From contig OZ316898.1 of NCBI GenBank assembly GCA_973895155.1, positions 17,722,752-17,786,751 on the forward strand: DNA of 64,000 nucleotides, written 5' to 3'. The notes beneath the pieces were generated by a model. It had not been told where the DNA came from, ran no database searches, and saw only the letters and a program-made list of their open reading frames with translations. This document shows positions 63,724 through 64,000 of this stretch, one piece after another; position 1 is the stretch's first letter; every line of letters begins with the position of its first letter. This DNA comes from Marsupella aquatica. Its lineage: Eukaryota; Plantae; Marchantiophyta. The translations under genes were made by a program, and so were the position numbers.

Positions 63724-64000
63724 TGTGGGCATAGACGACATTCGCAACGGCAAGCCCATGAACCATCCAACGCACAAGAGTCGACACAGAGAGATACGTG
63801 GTTCACCTCCACATGAGGCTACGTCCACAGGAACACCCAAGAGCTTTACTGCACTCTAGGCCGACCGGCCATACCAAGCATCCACAGCACAAGCTCTCCC
63901 TATCTCTCAACTAGCTCTGTAACAATGAGCCTAAGTTCCACCAGGGTCTGGCATCAGCCCTGACTATATACATAACAACACTACCGCTAACAATAGCTAA
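63724..64000 (-). repeat. 5' LTR of copia element 2 (truncated by window edge)
   Basis: Near-identical to 57175-57452. Confidence 0.93.

Larger units (their letters stand above)
57175..64000 (-). mobile_element. Ty1/copia LTR retrotransposon, near full length (5' LTR runs off window), same family as element 1
   Basis: 5' LTR from 63724, PBS at 63709-63720, gag (FEVEKYDG, zinc knuckle CWNCGKPDHMKRDC), protease WILDSAC, integrase, RT, RNase H, PPT at ~57521-57535 and 3' LTR at 57175-57518. Confidence 0.97.

Overview
This is eukaryotic land-plant DNA, rich in repeats and with spliced genes. An apparently intact axonemal CFAP251/WDR66 gene points to a lineage with flagellated sperm (bryophyte, lycophyte, fern or similar). 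There are three host genes, all on the minus strand: an At3g55060/At2g39300-like coiled-coil protein (13.9-19.0 kb), an At5g63000-like Tim17/22/23-family protein (37.2-38.6 kb) and CFAP251 (43.8-54.6 kb). Two decayed, related Ty1/copia elements bracket the window in opposite orientations. The most unusual object is a 6.6-kb PIF/Harbinger element (5196-11775) with intact transposase and trihelix Myb/SANT ORFs and a possible third, B3-like ORF. Its right TIR is clipped, and it sits between two identical 312-bp copies of flanking host DNA. Other items are a CRISPR-looking array of palindromic motifs, a MITE with a TTAA target duplication, a CRE-type RLE retroelement remnant, tRNA-derived SINEs, stacked Helitron-like 3' ends and two consecutive GC-AG introns in CFAP251. 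All family assignments come from motif recognition by eye; no database search was run.
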